A stretch of DNA of 64,000 nucleotides, from NCBI RefSeq assembly GCF_009914755.1, contig NC_060947.1. One strand, given 5' to 3'. The translations under genes and the position numbers were made by a program. A model generated the notes under the pieces. That model was not told where the DNA came from, did no database searches, and worked only from the letters and a program-made list of their open reading frames with translations. Below, piece by piece: positions 1 through 12,100 of this stretch; the stretch's first letter is position 1; every line of letters begins with the position of its first letter. This DNA comes from the human T2T-CHM13v2.0 reference genome, Homo sapiens.

Positions 1-37
1 CTGAGAATGCTTCTCTTTAGTTTTTACGTGAACATAT

Positions 38-54
38 ACCCGTTTCGAACGAAG
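38..54 (-). promoter_or_regulatory. Variant CENP-B box in M1 (repeats every 2,057 bp)
   Basis: Plus strand acccgtttcgaacgaag = minus strand CTTCGTTCGAAACGGGT. It fits the core pattern NTTCGNNNNANNCGGGN but differs from the full 17-bp consensus at two positions. Confidence 0.75.
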
Positions 55-204
55 GCCACCCAGTGGTCCAAATATCCACTTGCAGATTATACAGAAAGAG
101 TGTTTCGAACCTGAACTCTCAAAGGCAGGTTCATCTCTGCGAGTTAAATGCATTCATCATGAAGAACTTTCTCAGAGTGTTTGTGTTTAGTTATGGGAAA
201 TTAT

Positions 205-221
205 TCCCGTTTCCAACGAAA
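205..221 (-). promoter_or_regulatory. Canonical CENP-B box in M2 (repeats every 2,057 bp)
   Basis: Plus strand tcccgtttccaacgaaa = minus strand TTTCGTTGGAAACGGGA, an exact match to YTTCGTTGGAARCGGGA. Confidence 0.93.
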
Positions 222-546
222 TCCTCAGAGAGCTCCAAATATCCACCTGCAGATTCTACCAAAAGTGTATTTGGAAACTGCTCCATCAAAAGGCATGTTC
301 AGCTCTGTGAGTGAAACTCCATCATCACAAAGAATATTCTGAGAATGCTTCCGTTTGCCTTTTATATGAAGTTCCTTCCTGTACTACCGTAGGCCTCAAA
401 GCAGTCCAAATCTCCATTTGCAGATTCTATAAAAAGAGTGATTCCAATCTGCTCTATCAATAGGATTGTTCAACTCCATGAGTTGAATGCCATCCTCACA
501 AAGTAGTTTCTGAGAATGCTTCTATCTGGTTTTTGTGTGAAGATAT

Positions 547-563
547 TTCCTTTTCCACCACAG
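547..563 (+). promoter_or_regulatory. A-type (pJalpha-like) box in M4; related boxes at the same position in M3, M8, M9 and M11
   Basis: ttccttttccaccacag sits at the position that holds the CENP-B box in B-type monomers and resembles the A-box TTCCTTTTYCACCRTAG. Confidence 0.65.
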
Positions 564-717
564 GCCTCAAAGCCCTCCAAACGTCCACTTGCAGATTCTC
601 GAAAAAGAGTGTTTCATAGCTGCTCTTTCCAAAGGAAAGTTCAACTCTGGGAGTTGAATACAAACATCACAAAGTAGTTTCCGAGAATGCTTCTGTTTAG
701 TTTTTATGTGAAGATGA

Positions 718-734
718 TCCCGTTTCCAGTGAAA
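718..734 (-). other. Degenerate CENP-B box in M5; similar degenerate boxes in M6 (889-905) and M12 (1924-1940)
   Basis: M5 minus strand TTTCACTGGAAACGGGA has lost TTCG. M6 CTTCGTTTGAAACGTCT has lost CGGG. M12 TTTCTTTGGAAACGGGA has lost TTCG. Confidence 0.8.
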
Positions 735-1566
735 TCTTCAAAGAGGTCCACATATCCCCTTGCAGATTCCAAAGAAAGAGGGTTACAAAACTGCTCCATC
801 AGAAGGATTGTTCAACTCTGTGAGTTGAATGCAGTCATCGCAGAAAACTTTCTGAGAAAGCTTCTGTCCAGGTTTGATGTGAAGATATAGACGTTTCAAA
901 CGAAGGCTACAAAGTGGTCAAAATATACACTTGCAGATTCTACTACAAGGGTGTTGCAAACCTGAACTATCAAAGGAAGGTTCAACTCTGTGAGTTGAAT
1001 ACAAACATCACAAAGAATGTTCTGAGTTTGCTTCCGTTCAGTTATGGGAAGTTGATCCCTTTTCCAAAGAAATCCTCAGAGAGGTCCAAATATCCCCTCG
1101 CAGATTCTACAAAACGTGTGTTTGGAAACTGCTCCATCATAACGAATGTTCAGCTCCCTGAGTTAAACTCCATCGTCACAAAGAATTTTCTGAGAGTGCT
1201 ACCGTCTGGTTTTTATATGAAGTTCTTTCCTTCACTACCACAGGCCTCAAAGCGGTCCAAATCTCCACTTGCAGATTCTACAAAAAGAGTGTTTGCAAAC
1301 TGCTCTATCAAAAGGAATGTTCAACTCTGGGAGTTGAATGCAATCATCACAGAGCAGTTTCTGAGAATGCTTCTATGTCGTTTTTAGGAGAAGATATTTC
1401 CTTTTCCAACACAGTCCTCCAAGCCCCCTAAATAGCCACTTGCACATTGTAGAAAAAGTGTGTCAAAGCTGCGCTATCAAAGGGAAAGTTCAACTCTGTG
1501 AGGTGAATGCAAACATCCCAAAGAAGTTTCTGAGAATGCTTCCGTTTAGCTTTTAGGTGAAGATTA

Positions 1567-1583
1567 TCCCGTTTCCAACGAAA
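1567..1583 (-). promoter_or_regulatory. Canonical CENP-B box in M10 (repeats every 2,057 bp)
   Basis: tcccgtttccaacgaaa is the exact reverse complement of the consensus. Confidence 0.93.
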
Positions 1584-1738
1584 CCTTCAAAGAGGTCCAA
1601 ATATCCCCTTGCGGATCCCACAGAAAGAGTGTTTCAAAACTGCTGTTTCAAAAGGAATCTTCAACTCTGTGAGTTGAATGCAATCATCACAAAGAAGTTT
1701 CTGACAATGCTTCTCTCTCGTCTTTCTGTGAAGATAAA

Positions 1739-1779
1739 GGAAAAGGCTTTCAGGCCTTTTCCACCACAGGCCTGAAAGC
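1739..1779. other. Overlapping inverted repeats in the 186-bp monomer M11 (every unit)
   Basis: GGAAAAGGC (1739-1747) pairs with GCCTTTTCC (1754-1762). GCTTTCAGGCCT (1746-1757) pairs with AGGCCTGAAAGC (1768-1779). Confidence 0.9.
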
Positions 1780-3112
1780 GCTCCAAATGTCCACTTGCAG
1801 ATTCTGCGAAAAGAATATTTCAAAACTGCTCTATGAAAAGCAATGTTAAACTCTGCGGCTCGAACACAAACATCACAAAGCGGTTTCTGAGAATGCTTCA
1901 GTTTAGTTTTTCTGTGGAAATATTCCCGTTTCCAAAGAAATCTTCAAAGAGGTCCACGCATCCACTTACAGATTCTACAAAAAGACAGTTTCAAAACTGC
2001 TCCATCAAAAGGAGGGTTCAACCGTGTGACTTGAATGCAATCATCACTCAGAAGTTTCTGAGAATGCTTCTCTTTAGTTTTTACGTGAACATATACCCGT
2101 TTCGAACGAAGGCCACCCAGTGGTCCAAATATCCACTTGCAGATTCTACAGAAAGAGTGTTTCGAACCTGAACTCTCAAAGGCAGGTTCATCTCTGCGAG
2201 TTAAATGCATTCATCATGAAGAACTTTCTCAGAGTGTTTGTGTTTAGTTATGGGAAATTATTCCCGTTTCCAACGAAATCCTCAGAGAGCTCCAAATATC
2301 CACCTGCAGATTCTACCAAAAGTGTATTTGGAAACTGCTCCATCAAAAGGCATGTTCAGCTCTGTGAGTGAAACTCCATCATCACAAAGAATATTCTGAG
2401 AATGCTTCCGTTTGCCTTTTATATGAAGTTCCTTCCTGTACTACTGTAGGCCTCAAAGCAGTCCAAATCTCCATTTGCAGATTCTACAAAAAGAGTGATT
2501 CCAATCTGCTCTATCAATAGGATTGTTCAACTCCATGAGTTGAATGCCATCCTCACAAAGTAGTTTCTGAGAATGCTTCTATCTGGTTTTTGTGTGAAGA
2601 TATTTCCTTTTCCACCACAGGCCTCAAAGCCCTCCAAACGTCCACTTGCAGATTCTCGAAAAAGAGTGTTTCATAGCTGCTCTTTCAAAAGGAAAGTTCA
2701 ACTCTGGGAGTTGAATACAAACATCACAAAATAGTTTCCGAGAATGCTTCTGTTTAGTTTTTATGTGAAGATGACCCCGTTTCCAGTGAAATCTTCAAAG
2801 AGGTCCACATATCCCCTTGCAGATTCCAAAGAAAGAGGGTTTCAAAACTGCTCCATCAGAAGGATTGTTCAACTCTGTGAGTTGAATGCAGTCATCGCAG
2901 AAAACTTTCTGAGAATGCTTCTGTCTAGGTTTGATGTGAAGATATAGACGTTTCAAACGAAGGCTACAAAGTGGTCAAAATATACACTTGCAGATTCTAC
3001 TACAAGGGTGTTGCAAACCTGAACTATCAAAGGAAGGTTCAACTCTGTGAGTTGAATACAAACATCACAAAGAATGTTCTGAGTTTGCTTCCGTTCAGTT
3101 ATGGGAAGTTGA

Positions 3113-3129
3113 TCCCGTTTCCAACGAAA
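3113..3129 (-). promoter_or_regulatory. Canonical CENP-B box in M7 (shown for U2; intact in U2 and U5-U31, broken in U1, U3 and U4)
   Basis: tcccgtttccaacgaaa in U2. U1 has tcccttttccaaagaaa (1056-1072), and U3 and U4 have tcccgtttccaaagaaa. Confidence 0.9.
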
Positions 3130-6100
3130 TCCTCAGAGAGGTCCAAATATCCCCTCGCAGATTCTACAAAACGTGTGTTTGGAAACTGCTCCATCATAAC
3201 GAATGTTCAGCTCCCTGAGTTAAACTCCATCGTCACAAAGAATTTTCTGAGAGTGCTACCGTCTGGTTTTTATATGAAGTTCTTTCCTTCACTACCACAG
3301 GCCTCAAAGCGGTCCAAATCTCCACTTGCAGATTCTACAAAAAGAGTGTTTGCAAACTGCTCTATCAAAAGGAATGTTCAACTCTGGGAGTTGAATGCAA
3401 TCATCACAGAGCAGTTTCTGAGAATGCTTCTATGTCGTTTTTAGGAGAAGATATTTCCTTTTCCAACACAGTCCTCCAAGCCCGCTAAATAGCCACTTGC
3501 ACATTGTAGAAAAAGTGTGTCAAAGCTGCGCTATCAAAGGGAAAGTTCAACTCTGTGAGGTGAATGCAAACATCCCAAAGAAGTTTCTGAGAATGCTTCC
3601 GTTTAGCTTTTAGGTGAAGATTATCCCGTTTCCAACGAAACCTTCAAAGAGGTCCAAATATCCCCTTGCGGATCCCACAGAAAGAGTGTTTCGAAACTGC
3701 TGTTTCAAAAGGAATCTTCAACTCTGTGAGTTGAATGCAATCATCACAAAGAAGTTTCTGACAATGCTTCTCTCTCGTCTTTCTGTGAAGATAAAGGAAA
3801 AGGCTTTCAGGCCTTTTCCACCACAGGCCTGAAAGCGCTCCAAATGTCCACTTGCAGATTCTGCCAAAAGAATATTTCAAAACTGCTCTATGAAAAGCAA
3901 TGTTAAACTCTGCGGCTCGAACACAAACATCACAAAGCGGTTTCTGAGAATGCTTCAGTTTAGTTTTTCTGTGGAAATATTCCCGTTTCCAAAGAAATCT
4001 TCAAAGAGGTCCACGTATCCACTTACAGATTCTACAAAAAGACAGTTTCAAAACTGCTCCATCAAAAGGAGGGTTCAACCGTGTGACTTGAATGCAATCA
4101 TCACTCAGAAGTTTCTGAGAATGCTTCTCTTTAGTTTTTACGTGAACATATACCCGTTTCGAACGAAGGCCACCCAGTGGTCCAAATATCCACTTGCAGA
4201 TTATACAGAAAGAGTGTTTCGAACCTGAACTCTCAAAGGCAGGTTCATCTCTGCGAGTTAAATGCATTCATCATGAAGAACTTTCTCAGAGTGTTTGTGT
4301 TTAGTTATGGGAAATTATTCCCGTTTCCAACGAAATCCTCAGAGAGCTCCAAATATCCACCTGCAGATTCTACCAAAAGTGTATTTGGAAACTGCTCCAT
4401 CAAAAGGCATGTTCAGCTCTGTGAGTGAAACTCCATCATCACAAAGAATATTCTGAGAATGCTTCCGTTTGCCTTTTATATGAAGTTCCTTCCTGTACTA
4501 CCGTAGGCCTCAAAGCAGTCCAAATCTCCATTTGCAGATTCTATAAAAAGAGTGATTCCAATCTGCTCTATCAATAGGATTGTTCAACTCCATGAGTTGA
4601 ATGCCATCCTCACAAAGTAGTTTCTGAGAATGCTTCTATCTGGTTTTTGTGTGAAGATATTTCCTTTTCCACCACAGGCCTCAAAGCCCTCCAAACGTCC
4701 ACTTGCAGATTCTCGAAAAAGAGTGTTTCATAGCTGCTCTTTCCAAAGGAAAGTTCAACTCTGGGAGTTGAATACAAACATCACAAAGTAGTTTCCGAGA
4801 ATGCTTCTGTTTAGTTTTTATGTGAAGATGATCCCGTTTCCAGTGAAATCTTCAAAGAGGTCCACATATCCCCTTGCAGATTCCAAAGAAAGAGGGTTTC
4901 AAAACTGCTCCATCAGAAGGATTGTTCAACTCTGTGAGTTGAATGCAGTCATCGCAGAAAACTTTCTGAGAATGCTTCTGTCTAGGTTTGATGTGAAGAT
5001 ATAGACGTTTCAAACGAAGGCTACAAAGTGGTCAAAATATACACTTGCAGATTCTACTACAAGGGTGTTGCAAACCTGAACTCTCAAAGGAAGGTTCAAC
5101 TCTGTGAGTTGAATACAAACATCACAAAGAATGTTCTGAGTTTGCTTCCGTTCAGTTATGGGAAGTTGATCCCGTTTCCAAAGAAATCCTCAGAGAGGTC
5201 CAAATATCCCCTTGCAGATTCTACAAAACGTGTGTTTGGAAACTGCTCCATCATAACGAATGTTCAGCTCCCTGAGTTAAACTCCATCGTCACAAAGAAT
5301 TTTCTGAGAGTGCTACCGTCTGGTTTTTATATGAAGTTCTTTCCTTCACTACCACAGGCCTCAAAGCGGTCCAAATCTCCACTTGCAGATTCTACAAAAA
5401 GAGTGTTTGCAAACTGCTCTATCAAAAGGAATGTTCAACTCTGGGAGTTGAATGCAATCATCACAGAGCAGTTTCTGAGAATGCTTCTATGTCGTTTTTA
5501 GGAGAAGATATTTCCTTTTCCAACACAGTCCTCCAAGCCCGCTAAATAGCCACTTGCACATTGTAGAAAAAGTGTGTCAAAGCTGCGCTATCAAAGGGAA
5601 AGTTCAACTCTGTGAGGTGAATGCAAACATCCCAAAGAAGTTTCTGAGAATGCTTCCGTTTAGCTTTTAGGTGAAGATTATCCCGTTTCCAACGAAACCT
5701 TCAAAGAGGTCCAAATATCCCCTTGCGGATCCCACAGAAAGAGTGTTTCAAAACTGCTGTTTCAAAAGGAATCTTCAACTCTGTGAGTTGAATGCAATCA
5801 TCACAAAGAAGTTTCTGACAATGCTTCTCTCTCGTCTTTCTGTGAAGATAAAGGAAAAGGCTTTCAGGCCTTTTCCACCACAGGCCTGAAAGCGCTCCAA
5901 ATGTCCACTTGCAGATTCTGCGAAAAGAATATTTCAAAACTGCTCTATGAAAAGCAATGTTAAACTCTGCGGCTCGAACACAAACATCACAAAGCGGTTT
6001 CTGAGAATGCTTCAGTTTAGATTTTCTGTGGAAATATTCCCGTTTCCAAAGAAATCTTCAAAGAGGTCCACGCATCCACTTACAGATTCTACAAAAAGAC

Positions 6101-9100
6101 AGTTTCAAAACTGCTCCATCAAAAGGAGGGTTCAACCGTGTGACTTGAATGCAATCATCACTCAGAAGTTTCTGAGAATGCTTCTCTTTAGTTTTTACGT
6201 GAACATATACCCGTTTCGAACGAAGGCCACCCAGTGGTCCAAATATCCACTTGCAGATTCTACAGAAAGAGTGTTTCGAACCTGAACTCTCAAAGGCAGG
6301 TTCATCTCTGCGAGTTAAAAGCATTCATCATGAAGAACTTTCTCAGAGTGTTTGTGTTTAGTTATGGGAAATTATTCCCGTTTCCAACGAAATCCTCAGA
6401 GAGCTCCAAATATCCACCTGCAGATTCTACCAAAAGTGTATTTGGAAACTGCTCCATCAAAAGGCATGTTCAGCTCTGTGAGTGAAACTCCATCATCACA
6501 AAGAATATTCTGAGAATGCTTCCGTTTGCCTTTTATATGAAGTTCCTTCCTGTACTACCGTAGGCCTCAAAGCAGTCCAAATCTCCATTTGCAGATTCTA
6601 TAAAAAGAGTGATTCCAATCTGCTCTATCAATAGGATTGTTCAACTCCATGAGTTGAATGCCATCCTCACAAAGTAGTTTCTGAGAATGCTTCTATCTGG
6701 TTTTTGTGTGAAGATATTTCCTTTTCCACCACAGGCCTCAAAGCCCTCCAAACGTCCACTTGCAGATTCTCGAAAAAGAGTGTTTCATAGCTGCTCTTTC
6801 AAAAGGAAAGTTCAACTCTTTGAGTTGAATACAAACATCACAAAGTAGTTTCCGAGAATGCTTCTGTTTAGTTTTTATGTGAAGATGATCCCGTTTCCAG
6901 TGAAATCTTCAAAGAGGTCCACATATCCCCTTGCAGATTCCAAAGAAAGAGGGTTTAAAAACTGCTCCATCAGAAGGATTGTTCAACTCTGTGAGTTGAA
7001 TGCAGTCATCGCAGAAAACTTTCTGAGAATGCTTCTGTCTAGGTTTGATGTGAAGATATAGACGTTTCAAACGAAGGCTACAAAGTGGTCAAAATATACA
7101 CTTGCAGATTCTACTACAAGGGTGTTGCAAACCTGAACTATCAAAGGAAGGTTGAACTCTGTGAGTTGAATACAAACATCACAAAGAATGTTCTGAGTTT
7201 GCTTCCGTTCAGTTATGGGAAGTTGATCCCGTTTCCAAAGAAATCCTCAGAGAGGTCCAAATATCCCCTCGCAGATTCTACAAAACGTGTGTTTGGAAAC
7301 TGCTCCATCATAACGAATGTTCAGCTCCCTGAGTTAAACTCCATCGTCACAAAGAATTTTCTGAGAGTGCTACCGTCTGGTTTTTATATGAAGTTCTTTC
7401 CTTCACTACCACAGGCCTCAAAGCGGTCCAAATCTCCACTTGCAGATTCTACAAAAAGAGTGTTTGCAAACTGCTCTATCAAAAGGAATGTTCAACTCTG
7501 GGAGTTGAATGCAATCATCACAGAGCAGTTTCTGAGAATGCTTCTATGTCGTTTTTAGGAGAAGATATTTCCTTTTCCAACACAGTCCTCCAAGCCCGCT
7601 AAATAGCCACTTGCACATTGTAGAAAAAGTGTGTCAAAGCTGCGCTATCAAAGGGAAAGTTCAACTCTGTGAGGTGAATGCAATCATCCCAAAGAAGTTT
7701 CTGAGAATGCTTCCGTTTAGCTTTTAGGTGAAGATTATCCCGTTTCCAACGAAACCTTCAAAGAGGTCCAAATATCCCCTTGCGGATCCCACAGAAAGAG
7801 TGTTTCGAAACTGCTGTTTCAAAAGGAATCTTCAACTCTGTGAGTTGAATGCAATCATCACAAAGAAGTTTCTGACAATGCTTCTCTCTCGTCTTTCTGT
7901 GAAGATAAAGGAAAAGGCTTTCAGGCCTTTTCCACCACAGGCCTGAAAGCGCTCCAAATGTCCACTTGCAGATTCTGCCAAAAGAATATTTCAAAACTGC
8001 TCTATGAAAAGCAATGTTAAACTCTGCGGCTCGAACACAAACATCACAAAGCGGTTTCTGAGAATGCTTCAGTTTAGTTTTTCTGTGGAAATATTCCCGT
8101 TTCCAAAGAAATCTTCAAAGAGGTCCACGTATCCACTTACAGATTCTACAAAAAGACAGTTTCAAAACTGCTCCATCAAAAGGAGGGTTCAACCGTGTGA
8201 CTTGAATGCAATCATCACTCAGAAGTTTCTGAGAATGCTTCTCTTTAGTTTTTACGTGAACATATACCCGTTTCGAACGAAGGCCACCCAGTGGTCCAAA
8301 TATCCACTTGCAGATTATACAGAAAGAGTGTTTCGAACCTGAACTCTCAAAGGCAGGTTCATCTCTGCGAGTTAAATGCATTCATCATGAAGAACTTTCT
8401 CAGAGTGTTTGTGTTTAGTTATGGGAAATTATTCCCGTTTCCAACGAAATCCTCAGAGAGCTCCAAATATCCACCTGCAGATTCTACCAAAAGTGTATTT
8501 GGAAACTGCTCCATCAAAAGGCATGTTCAGCTCTGTGAGTGAAACTCCATCATCACAAAGAATATTCTGAGAATGCTTCCGTTTGCCTTTTATATGAAGT
8601 TCCTTCCTGTACTACCGTAGGCCTCAAAGCAGTCCAAATCTCCATTTGCAGATTCTATAAAAAGAGTGATTCCAATCTGCTCTATCAATAGGATTGTTCA
8701 ACTCCATGAGTTGAATGCCATCCTCACAAAGTAGTTTCTGAGAATGCTTCTATCTGGTTTTTGTGTGAAGATATTTCCTTTTCCACCACAGGCCTCAAAG
8801 CCCTCCAAACGTCCACTTGCAGATTCTCGAAAAAGAGTGTTTCATAGCTGCTCTTTCAAAAGGAAAGTTCAACTCTGGGAGTTGAATACAAACATCACAA
8901 AATAGTTTCCGAGAATGCTTCTGTTTAGTTTTTATGTGAAGATGATCCCGTTTCCAGTGAAATCTTCAAAGAGGTCCACATATCCCCTTGCAGATTCCAA
9001 AGAAAGAGGGTTTCAAAACTGCTCCATCAGAAGGATTGTTCAACTCTGTGAGTTGAATGCAGTCATCGCAGAAAACTTTCTGAGAATGCTTCTGTCTAGG

Positions 9101-12100
9101 TTTGATGTGAAGATATAGACGTTTCAAACGAAGGCTACAAAGTGGTCAAAATATACACTTGCAGATTCTACTACAAGGGTGTTGCAAACCTGAACTATCA
9201 AAGGAAGGTTCAACTCTGTGAGTTGAATACAAACATCACAAAGAATGTTCTGAGTTTGCTTCCGTTCAGTTATGGGAAGTTGATCCCGTTTCCAACGAAA
9301 TCCTCAGAGAGGTCCAAATATCCCCTTGCAGATTCTACAAAACGTGTGTTTGGAAACTGCTCCATCATAACGAATGTTCAGCTCCCTGAGTTAAACTCCA
9401 TCGTCACAAAGAATTTTCTGAGAGTGCTACCGTCTGGTTTTTATATGAAGTTCTTTCCTTCACTACCACAGGCCTCAAAGCGGTCCAAATCTCCACTTGC
9501 AGATTCTACAAAAAGAGTGTTTGCAAACTGCTCTATCAAAAGGAATGTTCAACTCTGGGAGTTGAATGCAATCATCACAGAGCAGTTTCTGAGAATGCTT
9601 CTATGTCGTTTTTAGGAGAAGATATTTCCTTTTCCAACACAGTCCTCCAAGCCCGCTAAATAGCCACTTGCACATTGTAGAAAAAGTGTGTCGAAGCTGC
9701 GCTATCAAAGGGAAAGTTCAACTCTGTGAGGTGAATGCAAACATCCCAAAGAAGTTTCTGAGAATGCTTCCGTTTAGCTTTTAGGTGAAGATTATCCCGT
9801 TTCCAACGAAACCTTCAAAGAGGTCCAAATATCCCCTTGCGGATCCCACAGAAAGAGTGTTTCGAAACTGCTGTTTCAAAAGGAATCTTCAACTCTGTGA
9901 GTTGAATGCAACCATCACAAAGAAGTTTCTGACAATGCTTCTCTCTCGTCTTTCTGTGAAGATAAAGGAAAAGGCTTTCAGGCCTTTGCCACCACAGGCC
10001 TGAAAGCGCTCCAAATGTCCACTTGCAGATTCTGCGAAAAGAATATTTCAAAACTGCTCTATGAAAAGCAATGTTAAACTCTGTGGCTCGAACACAAACA
10101 TCACAAAGCGGTTTCTGAGAATGCTTCAGTTTAGTTTTTCTGTGGAAATATTCCCGTTTCCAAAGAAATCTTCAAAGAGGTCCACGTATCCACTTACAGA
10201 TTCTACAAAAAGACAGTTTCAAAACTGCTCCATCAAAAGGAGGGTTCAACTGTGTGACTTGAATGCAATCATCACTCAGAAGTTTCTGAGAATGCTTCTC
10301 TTTAGTTTTTACGTGAACATATACCCGTTTCGAACGAAGGCCACCCAGTGGTCCAAATATCCACTTGCAGATTCTACAGAAAGAGTGTTTCGAACCTGAA
10401 CTCTCAAAGGCAGGTTCATCTCTGCGAGTTAAATGCATTCATCATGAAGAACTTTCTCAGAGTGTTTGTGTTTAGTTATGGGAAATTATTCCCGTTTCCA
10501 ACGAAATCCTCAGAGAGCTCCAAATATCCACCTGCAGATTCTACCAAAAGTGTATTTGGAAACTGCTCCATCAAAAGGCATGTTCAGCTCTGTGAGTGAA
10601 ACTCCATCATCACAAAGAATATTCTGAGAATGCTTCCGTTTGCCTTTTATATGAAGTTCCTTCCTGTACTACCGTAGGCCTCAAAGCAGTCCAAATCTCC
10701 ATTTGCAGATTCTATAAAAAGAGTGATTCCAATCTGCTCTATCAATAGGATTGTTCAACTCCATGAGTTGAATGCCATCCTCACAAAGTAGTTTCTGAGA
10801 ATGCTTCTATCTGGTTTTTGTGTGAAGATATTTCCTTTTCCACCACAGGCCTCAAAGCCCTCCAAACGTCCACTTGCAGATTCTCGAAAAAGAGTGTTTC
10901 ATAGCTGCTCTTTCAAAAGGAAAGTTCAACTCTAGGAGTTGAATACAAACATCACAAAGTAGTTTCCGAGAATGCTTCTGTTTAGTTTTTATGTGAGGAT
11001 GATCCCGTTTCCAGTGAAATCTTCAAAGAGGTCCACATATCCCCTTGCAGATTCCAAAGAAAGAGGGTTTCAAAACTGCTCCATCAGAAGGATTGTTCAA
11101 CTCTGTGAGTTGAATGCAGTCATCGCAGAAAACTTTCTGAGAATGCTTCTGTCTAGGTTTGATGTGAAGATATAGACGTTTCAAACGAAGGCTACAAAGT
11201 GGTCAAAATATACACTTGCAGATTCTACTACAAGGGTGTTGCAAACCTGAACTATCAAAGGAAGGTTCAACTCTGTGAGTTGAATACAAACATCACAAAG
11301 AATGTTCTGAGTTTGCTTCCGTTCAGTTATGGGAAGTTGATCCCGTTTCCAACGAAATCCTCAGAGAGGTCCAAATATCCCCTTGCAGATTCTACAAAAC
11401 GTGTGTTTGGAAACTGCTCCATCATAACGAATGTTCAGCTCCCTGAGTTAAACTCCATCGTCACAAAGAATTTTCTGAGAGTGCTACCGTCTGGTTTTTA
11501 TATGAAGTTCTTTCCTTCACTACCACAGGCCTCAAAGCGGTCCAAATCTCCACTTGCAGATTCTACAAAAAGAGTGTTTGCAAACTGCTCTATCAAAAGG
11601 AATGTTCAACTCTGGGAGTTGAATGCAATCATCACAGAGCAGTTTCTGAGAATGCTTCTATGTCGTTTTTAGGAGAAGATATTTCCTTTTCCAACACAGT
11701 CCTCCAAGCCCGCTAAATAGCCACTTGCACATTGTAGAAAAAGTGTGTCAAAGCTGCGCTATCAAAGGGAAAGTTCAACTCTGTGAGGTGAATGCAAACA
11801 TCCCAAAGAAGTTTCTGAGAATGCTTCCGTTTAGCTTTTAGGTGAAGATTATCCCGTTTCCAACGAAACCTTCAAAGAGGTCCAAATATCCCCTTGCGGA
11901 TCCCACAGAAAGAGTGTTTCGAAACTGCTGTTTCAAAAGGAATCTTCAACTCTGTGAGTTGAATGCAATCATCACAAAGAAGTTTCTGACAATGCTTCTC
12001 TCTCGTCTTTCTGTGAAGATAAAGGAAAAGGCTTTCAGGCCTTTGCCACCACAGGCCTGAAAGCGCTCCAAATGTCCACTTGCAGATTCTGCCAAAAGAA

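Larger units (their letters stand above)
1..1700. repeat. Two diverged pentamers inside the HOR (M1-M5, 851 bp; M6-M10, 849 bp), followed by M11-M12 resembling M4-M5
   Basis: M1 and M6 are both 170 bp and share aacctgaact.tcaaagg. M2 and M7 are both 168 bp and share agttatgggaa, atcctcagagag and tttggaaactgctccatca. M3 and M8 share ttttatatgaagttc and ccaaatctcca. M5, M10 and M12 share tcccgtttcca...cttcaaagaggtcca. Pentameric order is the established SF3 organisation. Confidence 0.88.
1..2057. repeat. Representative HOR unit U1: 12 monomers M1-M12, phased arbitrarily at ctgagaatgc
   Basis: Monomer starts are 1, 171, 339, 510, 681, 852, 1022, 1190, 1361, 1530, 1701 and 1887. Lengths are 170, 168, 171, 171, 171, 170, 168, 171, 169, 171, 186 and 171, which sum to 2,057. 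Confidence 0.93.

Noticed and set aside
331-340. Short palindromes such as agaatattct, ttcgaa, aggcct, and gggaa-atta-ttccc at 196-209
   Set aside because: Stems of 5 bp or less are expected by chance in AT-rich DNA. Only the 9- and 12-bp stems in M11 were kept.
1739-1779. M11 hairpin as a rho-independent terminator or ncRNA gene
   Set aside because: The context is eukaryotic satellite, with no upstream gene and no U-tract after the stem. Alphoid transcripts exist, but no promoter or boundaries can be defined from this sequence.
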